NCBI GenBank assembly: GCA_965247115.1
Contig: CBDFGR010000003.1
Location: forward strand, 32,001 to 96,000
Direction of reading: 5' to 3'
DNA: 64,000 bases
Source: Myxococcota bacterium
GTDB lineage: Bacteria; Myxococcota_A; UBA9160; SZUA-336
Position numbers and translations under genes: made by a program. The first letter of the stretch is position 1; each line of letters opens with the position of its first letter. Below the pieces are notes generated by a model that worked only from the letters and a program-made list of their open reading frames with translations, had not been told where the DNA came from and did not search any database. Shown one piece after another: positions 57,611 to 64,000 of the stretch.

Positions 57611-58336
57611 TCAATCGATTCGGATTCCCGCCTTCTCGACCTGGACGGTGCTCTTCGGACGCCCGGAGCGGCTCCCCACTTTTTCGATCCGCTCCAGCGT
57701 GCGCCTCCCGCCGACTACCTCGCCAAAGATCGTGTGCTTGCCGTCGAGGTGCGGCACGGGCGCAAACGTGAGGAAGAACTGGCTCCCGTCCGTCCCGGGA
57801 CCCGCGTTCGCCATGCTCAAGAGGCCTCGGCGGTCGTGGCTGAGCGAGTCCGCGATCTCGCCAGCGAACTTGTAGCCCGCATCGCCAGTCCCATTGCCCC
57901 GCGGGTCGCCGCCCTGTGCCATGAAGCCGGGAATCACCCGGTGGAACGTGAGCGAATCGTAGAAGCCAAGTCGCGTCAGGTAGATCGTGCTCGAGACGTG
58001 AACGGGTGCGACGTCGGGGTACAGGCGGATGGCCAGGTTTCCCATGTTCGTCTCGAGATCCCAGACGTAGCGCCGCGCCTTGTCGAAGCGCAGCATTGGA
58101 GCGGGCGGCAGCTTTTCCTTCCAGCGCGGATCCGAGCGATCGATCTCGCGCGTCGCGATGAACGCGTCGACCGCCGCGAACATGGGGTCTTCTGCAGCGC
58201 TGGCCTCGGCCGCGTCCTCGGCAGGGGCTTTCTCTTGCGCAACCGCCGGCGCGGTTGCGGCCAGCAAGCCCAGGACAACGGCGAGCCCAACGGCCGCTCG
58301 GCGTCGATCCACATATTCACCCGGATTGACTGGCAT
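57611..58336 (-). CDS. Exported cyclophilin-type peptidyl-prolyl isomerase
   Basis: FHRVIPGFMAQGGDP.G.G.G, LSMANAGPGTDGSQFF.T....HLDGKHTIFG.V. Confidence 0.95.
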   Translation of the reverse strand: MPVNPGEYVDRRRAAVGLAVVLGLLAATAPAVAQEKAPAEDAAEASAAEDPMFAAVDAFIATREIDRSDPRWKEKLPPAPMLRFDKARRYVWDLETNMGNLAIRLYPDVAPVHVSSTIYLTRLGFYDSLTFHRVIPGFMAQGGDPRGNGTGDAGYKFAGEIADSLSHDRRGLLSMANAGPGTDGSQFFLTFAPVPHLDGKHTIFGEVVGGRRTLERIEKVGSRSGRPKSTVQVEKAGIRID

Positions 58337-58393
58337 GGTCGTTCGTCTCCACTCCACGGGCCGACGGGACTCTACGGTACCACGCAGCGGCGC

Positions 58394-59038
58394 TCAGATT
58401 CCCTGGCTCAGGTGGGCGGTGTCGTTGAAGCGAGCCAGCAGCCAGGGAGCGTCGTCCGGGGGACGCACCCACTCGGTGATCGACGTGTTCGACGGCTCCA
58501 GCCGAAAGGGTCGCTCGCGATGCATCGCGTGGTCGAGGAACGCCAGGGTCGCCGCACTTACGACGCCGCCATGGCACACGAGCACGCAGGTCTCACCTGT
58601 GTGCTCGCGTACGAGCTCATGCAGACGACGCTCGACCCGCGTCTGGAAAGAGCTCAGGCTCTCGCCCCCCGGCGACATCGGCCGCTCGGGCTCGGCGCGC
58701 ATGTCAAAGGCATAGCGCTCGCGATACTCCTCCCAGCGCAGGCCATCGCACTCGCCCGGGTGAAGCTCGCACAGGTCGCAGTCGCGCAGCATGGCGAGAT
58801 TCCCGAGCGCAGGGGCCAGGATCTCGGCGGTCTCGATGGCGCGCGGCAACACGCTTGTCATGAGCACGTCGGCCTCGAGCTCGCCCGTATTGAGCAACCG
58901 GTCGCGTAGCGAGGCCGTCTGCCTCCGCCCGAGCTCCGTGAGGCCGCGGCAGGCGCGGTGTCCCGCAACGACCCCATCGATTGCGGCCCGTGCCTGACCG
59001 TGGCGAATGAAGACAAGTCGCGTGGAGCGCTCCGACAT
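58394..59038 (-). CDS. Histidine phosphatase family protein
   Basis: FIRHG, RAIETA, PGGES, VCHGG, N.SITE, FNDTAHL. Confidence 0.93.
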   Translation of the reverse strand: MSERSTRLVFIRHGQARAAIDGVVAGHRACRGLTELGRRQTASLRDRLLNTGELEADVLMTSVLPRAIETAEILAPALGNLAMLRDCDLCELHPGECDGLRWEEYRERYAFDMRAEPERPMSPGGESLSSFQTRVERRLHELVREHTGETCVLVCHGGVVSAATLAFLDHAMHRERPFRLEPSNTSITEWVRPPDDAPWLLARFNDTAHLSQGI

Positions 59039-59155
59039 GCGCGAATTGTAGCCGGATCCGCGCGCGACTCCGGGGGGCCCGGCGACTGGACTTCCACCAT
59101 CTACCGAGGCGGGAGAGTTCTCAACCCTACCGCTCAGAATGCCGTCAAGCTACGG

Positions 59156-60760
59156 ATGGCCGCAACTCTCGAGATCGCCTCCGCGTCGCTCACCGACGTC
59201 GGACTCGCGCGCTCGGAGAATCAGGACTTCTGGGGTGAGTTCGAATACCGAGGCGAACGGCTCCTCATCGTCGCCGACGGCATGGGCGGCCACCGTGGTG
59301 GGGCCACCGCCAGCCGACTCTGCGTCGACTCGGTAGCAAGAGCGTTCAAGCGGGCCAACGGACCCCCGGAAGAGCGCCTGCGCCGTGGGCTCGAGCTGGC
59401 AAACGACAAGATCTACCGCGCAGCCTGGAAGGAGCCTGGACTCAAGGGAATGGGCACGACCGGGGTGGCGCTGCTCTTCTCTCCTCCGCGCACGGCCTGG
59501 ATCGGCTGGATAGGCGACAGTCGGGCGTATCTGATACGAGCGGGCGCCGTGCGGCTCCTGACCAGCGATCACTCGCTGGTCGCCGACTGGATCCGCACCG
59601 GGATCCTTTCCGCTGACGAGGCCGAGATCCATCCTCGTCGCAACGAGCTCACTCGCGCGATCGGATCCTCGGAGAGCGTGGAGGCGGACCTGGTCGAGGT
59701 CGACATGCAGGCCGGTGACGTCCTGATGCTCTGCTCCGACGGCCTCTGGGGCTCCGTCCCGGAGGAGAAGATCGGAGACATCCTCGCCTCGATGGACCCT
59801 GCACCGGCAGCACGAGCGCTCGTCGATGCGGCGAACGCGAACGGCGGACCCGACAACATCACGATCCAGATCGTCCGCCTCAGTGGCGAGCAGGCGGCGC
59901 ACGAGTCACCTCACGTCGCCTCCAGCGCGGAGACGGCTCCCAGACGACAGGCCGCCCCCAGGATGATGGCCGACGTAGACGTGATGGCCGAAGAGAGCTC
60001 GACCGCACTCGCAGAACGCTCGATCTTCCACGTCTCCTCGGCACTGGTGGGCGCCTCGCTGGCGGCGCTCGTACTGTCTGTCGGGTTCGTCATCACCTCG
60101 CTCCGACCTGGGCCGGAGCAGAGCTCCGACCAGCCGAAAGCCTCCGCAGCGCCGATCCCCGCGGAGAGGGCAGCCCCTCGAGCCGAGCTCGAAGCCGAGC
60201 CCAGCTCGGCGGCGGCCGCGGGAGCCGAGGCCGAGGCGCTGCGCCGTCTGGAGGGCGTGTTGACGGGCGGGGTGGTTCTGCTTGAATCGATGGCGGACCC
60301 GATGCCTGGACAGGCCGACCGGGTAGAGCAAGGGCGCGCAGTCGAACGGCCACGCTCCGCACCCAGCGTCGTCCGCAGGCCGAGACCCGCCCGGGTTCGG
60401 CGCGCGACGCCGGCGTCCCCGGTCAACGTGGAGACCGACGAGCTCGAGCCCAGAGTCCAGACGTTTGTCGAGAGCTGGCTCAAGGCGCTCCGAACGGCCG
60501 ACCACTCGCTCTACACGAGCCTGGGGTTCCGGGAGCCGGCCTCCGAGTTCGAGCGCGCGTACGAGGCTCGCGAGAGCTTCAGGCTCGTCGACAGCGAGAT
60601 CGTGGACGTCGGGCGGCGCGCGCCCATCCGCATCTATCTCCAGGTCGTCGCGAGCTACGCGTTCGAACGCCCGGACGGACGCTTCCGCACCGAGGACACG
60701 CACCGGGTCATCCTGGAGGACGGCCCGGGCGGCTTGCGTGTGGCGGGGAGCTGGCAGTAG
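59156..60760 (+). CDS. PP2C-type Ser/Thr phosphatase with a TM helix and C-terminal extension
   Basis: TDVG..R.ENQD, VADGMGG, GMGTT, GDSRAY, DHS, LCSDGL, GG.DNIT; TM segment LVGASLAALVLSVGFVI. Confidence 0.92.
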   Translation: MAATLEIASASLTDVGLARSENQDFWGEFEYRGERLLIVADGMGGHRGGATASRLCVDSVARAFKRANGPPEERLRRGLELANDKIYRAAWKEPGLKGMGTTGVALLFSPPRTAWIGWIGDSRAYLIRAGAVRLLTSDHSLVADWIRTGILSADEAEIHPRRNELTRAIGSSESVEADLVEVDMQAGDVLMLCSDGLWGSVPEEKIGDILASMDPAPAARALVDAANANGGPDNITIQIVRLSGEQAAHESPHVASSAETAPRRQAAPRMMADVDVMAEESSTALAERSIFHVSSALVGASLAALVLSVGFVITSLRPGPEQSSDQPKASAAPIPAERAAPRAELEAEPSSAAAAGAEAEALRRLEGVLTGGVVLLESMADPMPGQADRVEQGRAVERPRSAPSVVRRPRPARVRRATPASPVNVETDELEPRVQTFVESWLKALRTADHSLYTSLGFREPASEFERAYEARESFRLVDSEIVDVGRRAPIRIYLQVVASYAFERPDGRFRTEDTHRVILEDGPGGLRVAGSWQ

Positions 60761-60814
60761 CCCAAGCTCCCGCCGGCCAGCCCTACGGGCCAGCCGCTAT
60801 ACTGCCGCGCCGGC

Positions 60815-62191
60815 ATGGAAGACTCGGCGGCCCGCTACCTAGACGTTCCCCGCCTCGCCGCCTTCTCGGACACCGTGGTCATCCGGACGCTCGGAGACGG
60901 GCTGGTGCACCGGCACGCGGGGCCGGACGACGTGGACGCACTCGCTGCCTTTGCTTCGGTCGCCCTCGCGGACCCCCCGGACTACGACAACCCAGCACAC
61001 ATGGCGATCTGGGTACGCGAGCTGGCCGGAGGCGAGCACCCCCGCATGCGGGCAGAAGACTTCAGTATCGTCGAAGACGTCAACCTACACCGCATCGCGT
61101 CGACCTGCTCGCTGCTCTCGCACACGCTGAGCTACGAGGGAGTCACCTTCGAGGCGGGTCAGCCCGAGCTGGTTGCGACGCATCCGGACTACCGACGCCG
61201 CGGCCTCGTTCGCCTGCAGTTCGAAGAGCTCCACCGTTGGAGTGCCGAACGCGGCCAGCTCCTGCAGCTGATCGACGGCATCCCCTGGTACTATCGCCAG
61301 TTCGGCTACGAGTACGCGCTCGAGCACTTCGAGGGGCGAGTGGTCCGTGCCAACCGACTCGCAGAGCAGCCGCTCCCGCAGGACGTCCGCGTCCGCCCCG
61401 CCACCCCGACGGACCTGCCCTTCTTGCAGCGGCTGTACGAGCGCCAGCTAGAGCGCTCAGTGCTCGGCTGCGTCCGCCCCGAGGAGAGCTGGCAGTACGA
61501 GCTCCTCCGACGCGACCCGCTGAGCTACGGACGACGCGATCTCCGCGTGGTCGAGCGGGACGACAGGCCAGTGGCGTTCTACGCCCACTACCCGGTCCTG
61601 GTCCTGAACGGAGCGCTCCTCGTCACGTTCCTCGAGGTGGCCCCAGGAGAGTCCTGGCAGACCGTCGCCGACGTCGTATTCGGCGAGCTGCGCCGCACAG
61701 GCCATCAGTATGCGAAGCGGGACGGGGGCAGCTTCCAAGAGCTCCAGGTGCTGCTCGGCTGCGAGCACCCGGTCTACGACGAGGCACCGGGCCTGCTTCG
61801 AACACGGCGCCCGGGCTCCGGCTACTACGTCCGCGTCCCCGATGTCGTCGGCTTCCTGCGCGTGATTGCCCCAGCGCTGGAGCGTCGCCTGGCCGCGTCG
61901 AAGCGGGCCGGTTTCAGCGGTGGGATCGAGCTCAGCATGTATCGGAGCGGCGTACGGATCGAGCTGGAGCGTGGCCGCGTACGCAGCGTGGGAGAGTGGG
62001 AGGCAACGCGCGAGAGGCCCGGGCACGTCGCGCTCCCCGACCTGACAGCGCTCCAGCTCCTGTTCGGCTTTCGCTCCCTCTCCGAGCTCTGCGGCCACTT
62101 CGCGGACGCACTGGTGCAGGGCGGTCCCGAAGGGGCTACCGCCGAGGCCTTGTTTCCGAAGCGCGCCTCTCCCATCTGGCTGACCTGGTAG
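60815..62191 (+). CDS. GNAT-family acetyltransferase (Eis-like, multi-domain)
   Basis: ELVATHPDYRRRGL, GIPWYYRQFGYE, second GNAT VRPATPTDL, C-terminal LQLLFGFRS. Confidence 0.88.
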   Translation: MEDSAARYLDVPRLAAFSDTVVIRTLGDGLVHRHAGPDDVDALAAFASVALADPPDYDNPAHMAIWVRELAGGEHPRMRAEDFSIVEDVNLHRIASTCSLLSHTLSYEGVTFEAGQPELVATHPDYRRRGLVRLQFEELHRWSAERGQLLQLIDGIPWYYRQFGYEYALEHFEGRVVRANRLAEQPLPQDVRVRPATPTDLPFLQRLYERQLERSVLGCVRPEESWQYELLRRDPLSYGRRDLRVVERDDRPVAFYAHYPVLVLNGALLVTFLEVAPGESWQTVADVVFGELRRTGHQYAKRDGGSFQELQVLLGCEHPVYDEAPGLLRTRRPGSGYYVRVPDVVGFLRVIAPALERRLAASKRAGFSGGIELSMYRSGVRIELERGRVRSVGEWEATRERPGHVALPDLTALQLLFGFRSLSELCGHFADALVQGGPEGATAEALFPKRASPIWLTW

Positions 62192-62487
62192 AGCGGCTGT
62201 TCGGGCGGCGTCTCGGGCCCGACCCGCAGCGTCGCCCTCCGCGTCCGCAACGCCCACCTCCGCCAGGAGCTCGCGCGCGGGCTCGCCCGAGATCGGGCGC
62301 GGGGAGGCGGATTCTTGCGGGAGTCGCGTCAAAGCGCGCCGCCGGGCGAGCCTGGCGCATGGGTCCGTGTCGCGCGAAAGGGCCCTCGGGTAAGGTCACT
62401 CGGTGATTTACCCGAATCTTGGGAAGGGCTCCGTCGTGTGCGCACCCGCATCTGTCCGGGCGCGAGCTCAGTGCTAGGAGACGAACC

Positions 62488-63936
62488 GTGAGGCGATCAG
62501 CGCTAGGGCTCGTGCTGGCTTCGATCAGCCTCAGCTGGGCTGCGAGCGCTCACGGGGAGACCACGGGGATCGTCTTCGTCGACGCGAACGGCAACGGTGT
62601 CCAGGACCGCGGCGAGCTCGGTCGCGCCAGCGTGGCCGTGAGCAACGGACGCGAGGTCGCGCGCACGAACGTGTACGGCCGCTACCGGCTACCGGAACGA
62701 TCCGGGTTCATCGCTCTGACCTGCCCCGACCAGTTCGACTGCCCCCTCCCGTACCGGAGCAGGGGTGGGGACTTCCCACTGCGAAACGCTCCCAACGAGA
62801 GCGAGTTCTTCTTCGTTCAGATCTCCGACGCGCGAGTATCCGAAACCATCGACAATTTCGTCGGCTTCTCGTTGCCGAGGAAGAGCTGGCTCCCTCGCAC
62901 CGTTGGCGCTCGACTCGTGCTGCGCAGCCTGCGCGACCTGCTCGGGCTGGAAGAAGACAGGATCGTCGACGGACTGCGCAGCGCGCTCAGGCCGTACCAA
63001 GCCGTCGACAATCTGTCGAACGCCGCGATCGTCGACGCCTACTTCTCCGAGGTGTTCGCGCCCGGCAGCGAGCTCGGCAGGGTCGCAGACGCCGCGCGTG
63101 ACTCCATGGGGGAGATCGCAGCGCTGCGACCCGCCTTCGTGGTCAGTACCGGCGACCTCGTAGCCCCAGACGGTCGCGGCTCCGCAACCGCGGCCCAAGC
63201 GTGGCTCCGGTTCTACAAGGAGGTCACAGAGGCCACCGGCATCCCGTTCTACAACACGCTCGGCGCTAGCGAGAGTACCAGTCGCGAAAACGGCGCGGAC
63301 GGGATGGTCACCGAGGAAAGCGGCGAGCAGCTCTTCCACGACGTGTACGGGCCGTCCCACTACAGCTTTGACCACGCTAACTTCCACTTCGTGGCACTCG
63401 ACGCGGACTCGCGGGAGTGGCTTGCCGCCGACCTCCTCGCTCATCCGAACCAGGTGTACGTGGGCCTCGGCCAGCGACCCCCGCACGCATCCCCCCGATC
63501 CGCCCTCCAGTACGCCCTCACGAGTCACGAGAGTCACGCCACGGCCGTGAGCCGCAATGGGACCACGACGATCACCACGGGCTCCCTGGCCGGTGGTCGC
63601 TGGGTGCTTCCGGCCGAGCTCCACGAGCGCGGCTACCGCTTGTTCTACGCGAGAGACGGTCAGCTCTATCACGCCTGGAAGCCCACCGGAGAGCCCCTCG
63701 TCGCCTTCCTCGAGGACACCCGAGTACTGGCCAGGAGAGGCGTCTTCGTCGGCGTCGCTGTTGATCGCTACGGGAAGTTTGCCGAGCTGGAGCTCCTGGT
63801 CGACGGCGAGCACGTTCCCTTCGAACGTTGGGGAGACTACTTCTTCCGGGTCTCGCTTCCCTACCCGGCCGAACGCCTGGTGGTCTCGGCGACGAGCGCG
63901 AACGGCGAGACCACGACCGCTGATCTCGAACCCTGA
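62488..63936 (+). CDS. Exported calcineurin-like phosphoesterase homolog (MetallophosN) with degenerate metal motifs
   Basis: Signal peptide; GIVFVDANGNG..D.GE.G...V.VSNG; QISDAR, TGDLV, GASE, YSFD...HFVALD, GYRL. Confidence 0.75.
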   Translation: MRRSALGLVLASISLSWAASAHGETTGIVFVDANGNGVQDRGELGRASVAVSNGREVARTNVYGRYRLPERSGFIALTCPDQFDCPLPYRSRGGDFPLRNAPNESEFFFVQISDARVSETIDNFVGFSLPRKSWLPRTVGARLVLRSLRDLLGLEEDRIVDGLRSALRPYQAVDNLSNAAIVDAYFSEVFAPGSELGRVADAARDSMGEIAALRPAFVVSTGDLVAPDGRGSATAAQAWLRFYKEVTEATGIPFYNTLGASESTSRENGADGMVTEESGEQLFHDVYGPSHYSFDHANFHFVALDADSREWLAADLLAHPNQVYVGLGQRPPHASPRSALQYALTSHESHATAVSRNGTTTITTGSLAGGRWVLPAELHERGYRLFYARDGQLYHAWKPTGEPLVAFLEDTRVLARRGVFVGVAVDRYGKFAELELLVDGEHVPFERWGDYFFRVSLPYPAERLVVSATSANGETTTADLEP

Positions 63937-64000
63937 GCGCTCGAGCTCCGGGCTACGTCTCCTCGACCTCCGGTACGGGATCCACGAGCGCGACCTTCAG

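Overview
High-GC bacterial chromosomal window. Gene content (PilZ, HDOD, VWA, TM2, PP2C, RAYT-like transposase, many acyl-CoA enzymes) suggests a Myxococcota/deltaproteobacterium-like organism; this is inference. It holds about 58 protein genes, one tRNA-Val(GAC), a Y1/HUH (RAYT-like) transposase with an adjacent IS481-type remnant, and several decayed genes. Most genes are metabolic: acyl-CoA catabolism, a xanthine-dehydrogenase-family Mo-hydroxylase operon, SQR, hisHF, an amidase and transporters. The most striking observation is at 33942-35000 (-). Two ORFs of the track form one reading frame joined by an in-frame UGA in a rhodanese 'YCxU' active-site loop, followed by a hairpin matching the bacterial SECIS model. 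This predicts a selenocysteine-rhodanese fused to a class III nucleotide cyclase with a non-canonical purine pocket. Other notable items: a sensor kinase / alpha-oxoamine-synthase-GNAT / diheme cytochrome / response regulator cluster, a probable oxalyl-CoA synthetase/reductase pair, four in-frame amber codons, and three internal-deletion scars. No CRISPR array, rRNA or prophage was seen. All calls come from motif reading by eye; no searches were run.
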